A stretch of 64,000 nucleotides of DNA, taken from positions 83,018,001 to 83,082,000 of the forward strand of contig NC_043001.1 of assembly GCF_006345805.1 (NCBI RefSeq), in the 5' to 3' direction. The translations under genes were made by a program, and so were the position numbers. Below are positions 11,531 through 23,793 of this stretch, piece by piece; within the stretch, counting starts at the first letter, position 1; the number at the start of each line of letters is the position of its first letter. Origin of the DNA: Octopus sinensis. Lineage: Eukaryota. Under the pieces are notes generated by a model. It searched no databases. It was not told the origin of the DNA and worked only from the letters and a program-made list of their open reading frames with translations.

Positions 11531-12128
11531 CTGACTCAACATTTTTCCCTATTTCCTCTTTCTCTATTTCACTATTTCACAGAGTAATAATATATCAAAG
11601 ACAACAGATAAATCTATCGAACATTTAATAGTGAAACACCAATACTTAGCAGCAAAAGTACAAACCAAACGACATAAGTACTGCATTAGCATTTAAAATT
11701 GCGTTTTAAGCCTAAGCAATTTAAAGATAAAAGAATTATGGACAGCAAATATTGTGAAGTTTTGAAAATATTTAACAGATCCACCGCATTTTTGAACACG
11801 AAGTATCGTAGGAGTGGATATCATATTGTATGAGTTAAAGAAGTGTGTTGTAACGTACGAAATTAGAAAGCGGGAACACCCGAGGGTATATGTTGCATTA
11901 TGCAGTATTTCTGTTGCACATTGCTTCAGTCTATGTTATGTATACATGTTATATATATTATATCTATCTATCTATATATATATATATATATATATATAGA
12001 TATATATATATATACATATATATTTATATATACTCGCACACACACACAGATATGCATGTCAACGTAATTCGAATCTGTATGATTTTGGAGCTTTGACGAA
12101 CTGTTATACACATAGGTTATATAGAAAA

Positions 12129-12380
12129 CTATATGATCTCAGAACTATATATAGATTCACACACACATACGCACACATGCACAGTCACTGATGTACACAC
12201 ACACATGCGCACACAGAAACACACACACACATACAAATGCGCACACAGAAACTATATGATCTCAGAACTATATATAGATTCACACACACATACGCACACA
12301 TGCACAGTCACTGATGTACACACACACATGCGCACACAGAAACACACACACACATACAAATGCGCACACAGAAACACACA
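12129..12380. repeat. 123-bp tandem duplication
   Basis: CTATATGATCTCAGAACTATATATAGATTC... occurs at 12129 and again at 12252, apparently identical. Confidence 0.9.
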
Positions 12381-12780
12381 CACACATACAAATGCGCGCA
12401 CATGCATATAAACGTGCACCCATACATGTGTGTGTATATATATATATATATATACACACTCACACACACTTATATATACATATATGCGTATATACGTATA
12501 TGTATATATATATATACATATATATATCTATACAAATATATATGTGAATATATATATATGTGTTTGTGTGTATATATACGTACATATATATATGCATGTA
12601 TGAATGCATGTATGAATGCATGTATGTATGATTGTATGTATGCAAGTATGTATGTATGTATGTATGTATGTGCGCATGTATATATGTATGCATGTATATA
12701 TATATATGTATGTATGCATGTATGTATGTGCACATGTATATATGTATGTGCGTATGTATATACGTATTTATACACATACA

Positions 12781-12925
12781 TGTGTCTCTCAATATAATAT
12801 ATACGTTTGTATATACGTAACCATGCATATATATATACACACACACACACAAGCACTCGCATAGCCGTACGTTCGGACACCCGCACACACACACACATAC
12901 GCACACACACATACGCACACACACA

Positions 12926-12957
<32 letters not shown>

Positions 12958-13140
12958 ACACTCAAGCACTCGTATACATGTGTCTCTCAATATATACATA
13001 CGTTTGTATATATGTAACCATACATATATATACACACACACATACACAGAAGCACTCACATAGCCGTACCTTCGGTCACACGCGCATACACACACAAACA
13101 CACACACACACATACACACACACATACACACACACGCACG
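12781..13140. repeat. ~198-bp diverged tandem duplication in CA/TA-rich sequence
   Basis: TGTGTCTCTCAATATA...GTAACCAT...AGCACTC.CATAGCCGTAC.TTCGG starts at 12781 and again at 12979. Confidence 0.8.
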
Positions 13141-13599
13141 CGCACGCGCACAGAAAACAAAGATACAGACACAAATATACATAGAGAGAGAGATGTCAAT
13201 TCAGAACATGTTGAAACCGGTCATAAACTTCTTAGCTTTCGGCTAGAATTTGACCTGTCATAATTTGATCTCATTAAGGTAAATACCCCGTCCCATTTTC
13301 TGAACCCACCCCCCAGCTTCACTAGCGCCTGCTCCACCACCACCACCAACACCACCACCACCATCACCATCTGCATTCATGTATTTCGCCTATGCCTATT
13401 TCTATCCCCTATCTCCTTGAATTTAATTCTAAGCCGGTGTTCTTTGTCCTTCTCAATCTTATCAATCATAAATGCTATTAAAATTTTACATAATTCTCAG
13501 CTTGTCATGTATTAATTAGTAAAGTTCTCGAGATAGGCAGGTGGAGACCTCGACAGATGGAGAGGTACGTGAATAGAACGACAGACGGGTAGACCGATA

Positions 13600-13609
13600 G
13601 GCAAGTTGG

Positions 13610-13668
<59 letters not shown>

Positions 13669-13851
13669 GAGAGAGAGATCGAGAAAGTGAGAAAGAGAAG
13701 CAGACATAGGAAACGAGAAGGAGTATCCGTAAGAATATTTGTGTACTAGGTATGTAGGTAAATACATGCACACACACATACGCACACACATACAGATACA
13801 CACACACACACACATACACTTACACACATATATAATCTTTATATGTATATG

Positions 13852-13898
<47 letters not shown>

Positions 13899-14166
13899 GC
13901 AGGCAGGCTGAAGACACAGAAGACAGACAGACTGACAGAGACCGACAGACAGATAAACAGACAGATAGACCGACAGACAGACAGATACATAGATAAATAG
14001 ACAGACAGACCGACAGTTAGACAGACGGACAGACAGACAGACAGACAGATAAACAGATAAATAGATAGATAGATAGATAGATAAGCAGGCAGGCTGAAGA
14101 CACAGAAGACAGACAGACTGACAGACAAACAGACAGATATATAGACAGACAGACAGACAGACAGAC

Positions 14167-14240
<74 letters not shown>
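13600..14240. repeat. (GATA)n/(GACA)n compound microsatellite with an internal ~185-bp duplication
   Basis: Direct reading; GCAGGCAGGCTGAAGACACAGAAGACAGACAGACTGACAGA occurs twice. Confidence 0.9.
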
Positions 14241-14394
14241 AATAGTGATTACTTGTATGATATAATTGAACAAATATCTCTTGAGAATATTATATGATAT
14301 TGCTCCAGTTCACTGGTCACATTATAGATATGTCTTCTATATCACCTTTATTGGTATCACCACCTTTTACTACACCAGCCACCACCATGCCTCC

Positions 14395-14630
14395 CGTGGA
14401 GGCGCGTGGCTTTGTGGTTAAGGTGTTGGGCTCATGATAGTAAAACTGTGGTTTCAGTTCCTAGACCGAGCGACGTGTTGCATTTTTGAGCAAACCACTT
14501 CATTTCACACCGTTCCAGTCAATACGGTTGACAAAAGGGAGCCATCCTGCGAAGGACCGGTATCCCGTCCAGGTGGAGAATATATACTCCGGGAAACTGG
14601 CCCTTATGAGTCGACATGACTCGAGAAACT
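14395..14630 (+). mobile_element. tRNA-derived SINE (family C/D head, GGACCGG...CCCGTCCAGG tail)
   Basis: GTGGAGGCGCGTGGCTTTGTGGTTAAGG...GGTTTCAGTTCCTAGACC head; its tail is shared with 18950-19250. Confidence 0.65.
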
Positions 14631-15767
14631 AACTTCCCCCTTTTTTTCTTTTCTTTTGGTTTTGTAATATATCACTCACACACACACACACATACACACA
14701 CACACACACACACATACACACACACACACACACACTCACCGCTATACCTCACCATTAGAGAGCTTCTACGTAGTCTCTCACCGTGCTAGTAATTGCAGTT
14801 AATGTCCCTTAAATCCCTGAAATCACTCTATCATCTTCAAATACAACACATATTTATCAATAGCGACGGATTTTATCTGTGGTAAGAGGGGGTACATTCT
14901 ACTGACGAAGCTCAAAAGGTGAAAATGTGCCCCTCGCATTCTCATTGTCGTTGTCGGGCGATTTTCGTCTGCTACTAATATAGTTGTGTTTTTAAACATA
15001 GCACGTCCATAAAAGATATTACCTCCGGATAAATGCTGCAGTGAAACCAGTTGAAGCTGGATCGTGTTGATACGTGGCTGCATCAATCAACCTGTCGGCT
15101 ATTCGAGCTGTTGGATGTCAAAGGCCGCAGAACTGCTTATCTGATGTTGCTGAAAAGAGCACAATGTTGATACGGGCGAAGAGGATTGACCAATGGACCA
15201 AGTTACGGATTCCATTGGTTATTTACAAGAACAGAAGGGAGAAGAGAACTGGTTCCTTCGTCGGTCTGTGTGGCCTGGTGGACTGAAACACAGACCTGGG
15301 AACAAACGAATGACCTAGGTTCAAATCCCACTGGAGCCAGGATTTTGGAAGCAGCAAGAGAAAACACTGGAGTCATGATAAGGCTGAGCCCGGTCCTCGC
15401 AGAGTGTCAGGTATAAAGTCCGAAACACTTGTCGGATGGGAGTTCTTCCTCTGAAGATTTCTCCTGCTGTGCGCTCGCTTTGCTGCGAGTTTCTGCTTTT
15501 AGAATTTTATTACTTTTATTTCTATTTATCTCTGGATGAATACTGCAGTTAGTTTGCATTTGAGCGATGTATTTGCATTAAGTATGATATACGAATGTCT
15601 ATTTTGATCTAATAGAATTTCTGTTGCGTATAAGAGTTTTTTTTTTTTTTTTTGGTTATTCCTCGTATTTATATCATTTATATTTTACTTTTGCTGATTT
15701 TTTTTTTTGCATGACTCGCTGTATTTTCGTTTCTCATTACTGTCATATCGTAGTGTTCATTCTTCCC

Positions 15768-16225
15768 AAGGCGGTGAGCTGGCAGAGACGTTAACACACC
15801 GGGCGAAATGCAGAGCGGTATTTCGTCTGTCTATACATTCTGAGTTCAAATTCCACCAAGGTTGAGTTTGCCTTCCATCCTTTCGGGGTCGATAAATTAA
15901 GTACCAGTTGCGTACTGGGGTCGATCTAATTGACTGCCATCCCCTGCCCCAAAATTTCAGGCCTTGTGCCTAGAGTAGAAAAGAATATTTATTCTTCCAG
16001 TAAGGCAGCGAGCTGGCAGAAACGTTAGCAAGCCTGGTGAAATGCTTAGCGATATTTCGTCTGTCCTTACGTTCTGAGTTCAAATTCCGCCGAGGTCGAC
16101 TTTGCCTTTCATCCTTTCGGAATCGATAAAGTAAGTACCAGTTGTGTACTGGGGGGGGGGCGATCTAATCGACTGGCCCCCTCTCCCAAAATTTAGGGCC
16201 TTGTGCCAAGAGTAGAAAAGGATAT
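15768..16225 (+). mobile_element. Two tandem, near-complete SINE family A copies
   Basis: AAGGCGGTGAGCTGGCAGA... at 15768 and TAAGGCAGCGAGCTGGCAGA... at 16001, each ending in GAGTAGAAAAG.ATA. Confidence 0.9.
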
Positions 16226-16261
16226 TCATTCTTCCAGTGCCTTTATAGCAAATGGGCAAAT

Positions 16262-16447
16262 TTAAAATATTGGTTTGAAATTTTGACAGCAATTTCGCGG
16301 AGAGTGTTAGTCGATTACATAGACCCCAGTACTCAACTGGTACTTATTTTATCGACTACCCAAAGAATGAAAGGCAAAGATGACCTCGGCGAAATTTGAA
16401 TTCAGAACTTTTAGATAGACGAAATGACACAAAGCATTTTGTCAGTT
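16262..16447 (-). mobile_element. SINE family A, inverted copy
   Basis: GTCGATTACATAGACCCCAGTACTCAACTGGTACTTA...GACCTCGGCGAAATTTGAATTCAGAAC. Confidence 0.8.
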
Positions 16448-16461
16448 GCGGGAACGGGTCT

Positions 16462-16561
16462 NNNNNNNNNNNNNNNNNNNNNNNNNNNNNNNNNNNNNNN
16501 NNNNNNNNNNNNNNNNNNNNNNNNNNNNNNNNNNNNNNNNNNNNNNNNNNNNNNNNNNNNN
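16462..16561. other. Assembly gap (100 N)
   Basis: Run of exactly 100 N. Confidence 1.
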
Positions 16562-16699
16562 CGGGTGACCTGTATTTGGGCACGAATGTAACGACCTTAT
16601 TGTACGTGGAGAATATATGTGTGTGCGTGTGTGTACTAGTGTGTTTACGCATGTATGTGTGTGTTGGCTTTTGTAAGGTATGATATTGATGAAAGTGAA

Positions 16700-17790
16700 A
16701 GTAACGCACATGTTGCTGGTGGTAATGTTGGAGAGGTTATAGTGATAGTCAACAGTTCAACGATGGTGGTGGGTTTGTGATGTTTATTTGAGATTGCTGC
16801 AGTGTTGGTCGCAGTGTTGCTGTTGTTGTTGTTGCAGGGATGGTAGTGGTAGTGGTGTTGGTGGTGGTCATGCTCGTAATGGAGTTGATGCTGTGTTAAT
16901 AGTGCATCTTGTAGTATTGGTGATTGTTACTCATGATGACGGAAGAGTTTGCGATGAAGGTAGTGGTGATAGTGGGGGCGATAACAGCAGTAGTGGCGGT
17001 GGCGGCGGTTGTGGCGGTGGTGGTGGTGCTGGTGATGTTAGTGGTATTGTAATGATGGTCTTGGCAGACCTGTTAGTGGTTGCTATTGGTGATGACGTGT
17101 TAGCAATGATGGTTGTGGCAGTGGCAGTGGATGCGGCGATGTCGGCGATGGTGGTGTTGGTGGTAGTGTTATTGTATTGACGGAAGTGTTAGCGATGGTA
17201 GTGGTAGTGGTAGTGCCAGTGGTGGCGGTGGTCGTGGTCGTGGTAGCTGCGTTGGCGATGACGGCGGTGGTCATGGTGGTGGTGGTGGCGGTGGTGGTGG
17301 CAGTGGTGGTGGTGGTGGTGGTGGTGGTGGTGGTGGTAGTGGGGTGATGGTAGTGGTGGCAATGATAGCGATGGTGGCGGTGATGATGGATGTGGCTGTG
17401 ACGGCGGAGAAGGTGGTGATGGCGATGGTTGTAGCAGTACCAGTGGTAATGATGGTGTTGGTTATGGTTACTGGTGAGGCCTGATGTGTTAGCGATGGTG
17501 GCAGCAGCGATGGTGGCGGCAGGGATGGTGGCGGCAGCGATGGTGATGTTCCTGGCAATGATAGCAACGTCATTGCTTGGGATGGTGATAGTGGTAGCAG
17601 TGGTTGTGGCGGTGATGGTGGTGATGGTGGTGGTAGTAGTAATGGTAATGGTGTGATGGTAGTGATTGTGGTGGTAATAGAGCTGATGGTATTGGAGCTG
17701 CCGTGGTGCCATTGGAGTGTTGTTAGAGATATTAAGGGTTGTTAAAATTGATGGTGTGGTGGTGATTGTGACGGTGTTAGGTCTATTGAC
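16700..17790. repeat. Compound GGT/GAT/GGC/GTT trinucleotide low-complexity tract
   Basis: Direct reading; it produces the spurious Thr/His/Pro-rich ORFs. Confidence 0.85.
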
Positions 17791-18066
17791 CTGACCGAGT
17801 GACTGCCAAGAACTCCGAGGCAAATTTTAAAGCAAGGACCTTAACAGTCACACGTGAAGTTGGAAAGGAAACAAAAATGATTTGTAAAAAATTTTGAAGA
17901 TTTTTCTCTCCCCCTCCACCTCTTCCTCCCTCTCTCTCCCTCTCTATCTCTATCTCTTTGTCTCCTCCTCTCTCTCTTCTTCGCTCTCCCAGTCTCTCTG
18001 ACACCTATCTCTTTTTACATCTTTTGCTCACTTTCTCTTTCTTTCCCTCTCTTTCTCTTTCTTTCC

Positions 18067-18101
<35 letters not shown>

Positions 18102-18949
18102 CCATTCTCTCTCTCCGTCTTTTCTTGTCTCTCATTAAAGAAACAAACAAACAAAAACATAATTCTAATCGATATCATTCGGAAGATAATTGATCAGATT
18201 GTAAAACCAGCGAACATGCGAATCAATTTAAAACATTGATCTTCACACTCCCTCAGATCGACCTCTTGTTTAATGTTTAAAGGCCCCGCTTTCGTGTACC
18301 GAGAAAGACACCTTAAACGTCAAAGGAAGCTTTTGAAGAAGATTACAACTGAAAGAGGGAAGGAGGCGAGAAATAAAACGAGTGAAGGATTGAAACAATT
18401 TGTTTGAAAGTTGGCTTCTACGTTTTGTTTTGTATTTTATACTAATTTAATATATTTATTTTCTTTGATTTCCTCCTTGTGTGTGTGTGTTTTTTTTTTC
18501 AGACCTCCATTAATATTGCAACTACCAATTCAGATCAATAAAATATTGGAGAATCAAATGATAGAGAATGCAAGTTTGTAGCTTTTTTCCACTTCGAGAA
18601 TCTTCATTCACCTCGACTAGCACCAAGAGAGAAGCTTTGACTGTTGCCCATTCCTCAACCGAAAATGATGCAGTTTCCAAATTTAGACACAAGTTATTGG
18701 TTGTCACCATTCTATTCCGTTCAAAATACATTCCCACTCACATCCGTACGCACACACACATGCACACCAAAAACACACATACACATGTATATATTTGTCT
18801 ATATATATATACTTACACACATACACACATACATACATGTCTATACATACACACATACATATATACATACATGCATGCATACATACATACATACATACAT
18901 GCATACATGCATACATATGTATGTATGTGTGTATGTATGTTGCTGTTTG

Positions 18950-19250
18950 TTCCTTCTCGAGCCATGCCTGGCTCATAAGAGCCGGTTTCCCGGTTTCTTG
19001 GCGTATAGGGTCCCCACCTGGACGGGACACCGGTCAGTCGCAGATGAGCTGCAAGATGCAGGAGGAAAGAGTGAGAGAAAGTTGTGGCGAAAGAGTCAGC
19101 AGAAGTTCGCCATTACCTTCTACCGGAGCCGCGTGGAGCTTAGGTGTTTTCGCTCATAAACACACACATCGCCCGGTCTGAGATTCGAAGCCGCGATCCC
19201 TCGACCGCGAATCCGCTGCTCTAACCACTAGGCCATGTGCTTCCACATAA
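18950..19250 (-). mobile_element. tRNA-derived SINE family C
   Basis: Reverse complement reads GTGGAAGCACATGGCCTAGTGGTTAGAGCAGCGGATTCGCGGTCGAGGGATCGCGGCTTCGAATCTCAGACC (A and B boxes). Confidence 0.85.
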
Positions 19251-19527
19251 TGTATGTATGTATGTATGTATGTATGTATGTATGTATGCAGTTGGAATTT
19301 ACAGAAAAACAAAAGACGTAGACATGTGTATAAACAACAAGCAGGTGTATTAGCTTGACGCTCGGGAAGGTGCGAAAGTCTTTTATGTTTCGAGCATATG
19401 CACTTCAACAGAAAGGAACACAAGGAAATAAGCAGAGAGAGAATAAAAGAAACTTTTGGAGTTAGCGGTCACTCATGTAAGTTATGGCAAAGTAAACAAA
19501 TCAACGCCGGTTGTGTTCTCTCTTACC

Positions 19528-19783
19528 TTTTATTTGTTTCAGTCACTGGACTGCAGCCATGCTGGGGCAACTCCTAGAAGAACTTTAGTCGTACGCATCG
19601 GCCCTAGTACATTTAGTTTTTAAGCCTGATACTTATTGTATCCGTCTCCTTTGCCAAACTGCAAAACTACAGGAACGTATGCCCAGCAACAACGGTTATC
19701 AAGCGGTGGTGGGCGATAAACACATACACAATGGCATAATGACATACACCTATAGATATATACATGTATGTATAAGTGTCTAT

Positions 19784-19834
<51 letters not shown>

Positions 19835-20019
19835 CACACACATACGCACACAAAGCATGCTTCGGTCAGTTTTCGTGTACCATATCCACTCACAATGCAT
19901 TGGTCGACCCGAGGCCGTAGTAGAAGACACTTGCCAAAGGTGCCATGTTGTAGGACTGAACCCGGGACAATGTGGTTGGGAAACAAACTTCTTAGCAAGC
20001 AGCCACGCCTGCGTCTGCG

Positions 20020-20025
<6 letters not shown>
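19528..20025 (-). mobile_element. SINE family B, full length with internal (CA)n
   Basis: Both halves are present in minus orientation. Confidence 0.85.
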
Positions 20026-20052
<27 letters not shown>

Positions 20053-20099
20053 TACATACATACATACATACATACATACATACATACATACATACAATC

Positions 20100-20720
20100 A
20101 AATGTCCAGGCAAAAGAGAACATTTATGGTCAATTAATGCAGAACTTAGAGTTCTTATACCCTGATTATGAATTCTCATTTGTAACTATCGTCATTGGTG
20201 CATTAGCTTATGTACCAACACATCTACACAGAAACCTAGAAATACTCGGATAAACAGAAAATGAAACTAACGTGGTTTCTCCAAATACAATTTATTATTG
20301 GTACATGGAGGTGTAATGGCCCAGTGGTTAGGGCAGCAACCTCTCGGTCGTAGGATTGCGGTTTCCATTCCCAGACCGGGCCTTTTGAGTGTTTATTGAG
20401 CGAAAATACCTATAGCTCCACGAGGCTCCGGCAGGGGGTGGCGACCCTGCTGTACTCTTTCACCATAACTTTCACTCTTTCTTCCTGTTTGTGTTGTACC
20501 TGCATTTCAAAGGACCAGCCTTGTTACGCTCTGTGTCACGCTGAATCTACCCCGAGAACTACGTTAAGGGTACACGTGTCTGTGGAGTGCTCAGCCATTT
20601 GCACCTTAATTTCACGAGCAGGCTGTTCCGTTGATCGGATCAACTGGAACCCTCGTCGTCGTAACCGACGGAATGTCACAACAATTGGTAAAACGAAGAT
20701 TTGTAGGAGATTCCCATAAG
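20100..20720 (+). mobile_element. C-terminal remnant of an RLE-type LINE, interrupted by a SINE
   Basis: Frame from 20113 reads KENIYGQLMQNLEFLYPDYEFSFVTIVIGALAYVPTHLHRNLEILG*. After the SINE the sequence resumes as ...KICRRFP*, matching the P(I/V)IIGALG...GTxKI end of RLE LINEs. Confidence 0.6.
20304..20683 (+). mobile_element. tRNA-derived SINE family C, full length, with target-site duplication
   Basis: TGGAGGTGTAATGGCCCAGTGGTTAGGGCAGC...GTAACCGACGGAATGTCACAAC, flanked by ATTGGTA at 20297-20303 and 20684-20690. Confidence 0.85.
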
Positions 20721-20984
20721 TCTTCATATGAGATTCTCGTGTGAATATAGATGCACATCCTTGGGAGTATGGCATCGACAGTTCAAATAACACACTAACT
20801 CAACCACATATTTATAAACATTGGGAACTCTCTTAATTCAAAAAGTCTTGTCGCTTTGTTAGTGGCCGATTTGAACTCTCTTGAGAATGTAAATAAAACT
20901 CAAAAGAAAATCATGTATACATACATATATACATATGTCTGTACGTAGGGTTTTCTTTTATTGTAGAAATACCGATATATCCAT

Positions 20985-21150
20985 GGTGCAAAGAATGCTT
21001 TGAGATCTATAGGCGGTAGACTGTATATATATTAGAAGCTGAGAAATGAAACACAACTAACTTATCGCGATGGATTTCCTACTTTAGAATGGCCACCATA
21101 TTTAATAGTTACTCCGGGTTAGATGCCTAAATTTTATTGAAGTTGTTTAT
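20985..21150 (+). repeat. Dispersed repeat, homologous to ~23900-24060
   Basis: Both carry ATTAGAAGCT.AGAAATGAAAC.CAACTAACTTA.CGC with similar flanks. Confidence 0.65.
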
Positions 21151-21912
21151 TAAATGATTCCCGCGTGTATCAATCTGACTGGTCGTTAAATTACTGGCTA
21201 TCAATCTGGTTGTAACTCTTTGAAATTCTTGAGCTAATTTTTGATTTAATGCTTGCAATTTGACATATGGTCTTGTTTTTTGTTAAGTAATTTGTAAGTT
21301 TGCGTCATTAGGCTTTCCTTTTATTATTATTTCTTACATTGGCGACGTAATTACAAATTTACTTGAACGCTGTTTCTGTTAACTAACATCTGGTATTTCT
21401 AGTCAGACGGGAATTGTTTGTTAATTAGAACCAGAAACTTTTTGCAGTTCTTTTTTTTTTTTTTTTCGCATTCCTGTTGTATGACAGGTTAAACTAGATT
21501 ATATTTCTTTATATCATCTCTTCTGGGTATTTGTTGTTGCTTAATTATGATATCGATTTTTCTATGGAACTGGCTACTTTTTAAGAAGCTATTGTATGTC
21601 TGCATCGCAAGACCGGAAGTGTCTTTATTTGTGGAGTTGTTTCATATATTTTTTCTACATAGGCCCACAACAGTTTCTTTTCATCAGTTGACTTCATACA
21701 TACACACACATACACACACACACACATATATATATATACATGTACACACACACATACATACATACATATATTATATATATATATTATAATATATATATAT
21801 ATATATATCAATACATACATACATGCTTACATGTGTGGGTGTAATATACACACACACACACATATATATATTGAGACACAGACAGATAGATAGATAAATA
21901 GATATATGTGTG

Positions 21913-21966
<54 letters not shown>

Positions 21967-22389
21967 CATGTATGTTCTTCTGCTTAGCAAACTCTCTGGT
22001 TGATTGATATTGTTATTAAACATTGATCATCGTAAATCGAACCTACCTATAGTCGAAGGTGTTCTTGTAATTACACTCCTGCCTCCTTTTGCAGAAAATA
22101 TGCCTTTAAGAACCGCATTATCCGATATGGATTTCCTGATATTGTTGTTAGGTGTGATTTGAGGAGGATTTCACTTCAATTTATAATAGGTCGAACGGCT
22201 ACGCACAGAACACCATGTTGGTTGACTGGTTGGTTGGTTGGTTATCCAGCTATTTTATAAGGGTGATGGGATGGCCATGTAGTCAAGTTGTACGGAAAAT
22301 TTCGATGAGAAACAATTAATAAATTAATAGGAGATATGCATATATATGAATACACACACACGCACACACACACACACGCCCACCCACAC

Positions 22390-23345
22390 ACTTTCTTGCA
22401 TTTTGTCAATACAAGGACCTTACTCATCAGATGACGAATATTCTCTTGCAGAATTACTTGCCAAGTTTTAATCTCAAAAGATCTGACTTTGACTATGCTT
22501 TATTGTTGTATTTATGTGAAGTGTCCTGTCCATTATGTCCCAGAGGTGTTCAATATGGTTCTTATCTGGTGACTGGCTTGGCCATGGATGCCATTCTCAT
22601 CCATCAAATCTCGGGTAATTCTAGCCGTGTAACAAAGAGCACCATCTTCCATAAATAGTTTTCTTTAATCATTTCACCACTGGAGAAGATTGGATGGAGT
22701 TTTGTCTGCAATATGGACACATATTTACCTGAATTTATGCGTCCCTTACACTCCACCAATTCTCATCAGCCATTGTTCCAAATTGCTCCCCTGACTATCT
22801 CAGAATAGCTGCCGTGTTTCATAGGATGTAATCTTTTAACATCATATCCTTGATCACGGTGTCTCCAGACACACACTCGACCACTGTCAAGAAATACAGC
22901 AAATCTGGACTCATCCGAGAATATGAAAGTATTTCAAATTATTAGAGGCCTCAACACCATCTCATATGCTCAATCTTTATTCCGCTTGATGTTAGCTGAT
23001 CGAAGAAGTGACTTCCTCCTTGCTGCTCTGCCGTAGCAACTAAGTTTGTGGAGACACCTGACAGCTGTTCTGGGACTGACATCAACTTGTTCTGCTATGC
23101 CAGAGGCCTTGCAACGAGGATTATCCTCCACACTTCTCTTAGCAAAGAGAAGGGTCCTGTCCGAGGGCCCTGGATGATCAGGGTGAGGTGATGTGAACCC
23201 CTTCCCCTCTCTAGTGGATTGCACAATTATTATTAACTGTAGAAAGCGGGATCCCGAGGTTTTCTGAGGTTTTTACGCTGTGTCCACCTTCATAATGCCC
23301 CTACTATACGGCTTCTTTGAAATTCAGACAGTTACCTCTTTCATG
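22390..23345 (-). mobile_element. Tc1-like transposase pseudogene
   Basis: Minus-strand translation across frameshifts shows an HTH region (EFQRSRIVG...LGIPLSTV), YGRAARRK, FIFSDESRF, FMEDGA and SPDKNHIEHLWD (the DDE triad). Confidence 0.85.
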
Positions 23346-23363
23346 GTAAAATGTGTTGAAACA

Positions 23364-23407
<44 letters not shown>

Positions 23408-23470
23408 TAATAAGGGTAGAAATTGATATTAATCAATTAAAACCAGTGGCCCAGCATATTAAAAAAATCC

Positions 23471-23635
23471 TATTCGGTAGCCATGATAAAACTCCGAGTT
23501 TCGGATGTTGGGGTCGAAACCCACGCCGCCATCTTTTCAGTCATCGATTATTATTCGATGGCCCGATAACTGAAGAGATGGCGGTGTGGGTTTCCACCCC
23601 GACATCCGAAACTCGTTTATCATGGCAACCGAATA
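23471..23635. repeat. Palindromic element (~70-bp arms) with mirror-image hammerhead-like motifs
   Basis: TATTCGGTAGCCATGATAAAACTCCGAGTTTCGGATGTTGGGG...CATCTTTTCAGT versus ACTGAAGAGATG...CCCCGACATCCGAAACTCGTTTATCATGGCAACCGAATA; inner CATCGA/TCGATG hairpin. Confidence 0.9.
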
Positions 23636-23736
23636 ATTGTCACATATTATATTAACAGATAAATTCTTCTATTTACATATCGAGGTATCTTTCATTCTTT
23701 TGTTGTCTTACCATTTCTCTCTCTCTCTCTCTCTCT

Positions 23737-23793
<57 letters not shown>

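Noticed and set aside
10981-14273. Many YI/CV/HT/LSIY-repeat ORFs (also at 44-46, 50, 57-59 and 61-63 kb)
   Set aside because: These are translations of TA, TG, CA and GATA microsatellites.
16788-17823. Thr/His/Pro/Gly-rich ORFs up to 246 aa (mucin-like)
   Set aside because: Several frames on both strands are open only because of GGT/GAT repeats; there is no complex sequence, splice signal or domain.
20306-20380. tRNA-like heads (also at 36295, 51180 and 19180)
   Set aside because: They lack a complete acceptor stem and continue into SINE bodies, so they are SINE heads rather than tRNA genes.
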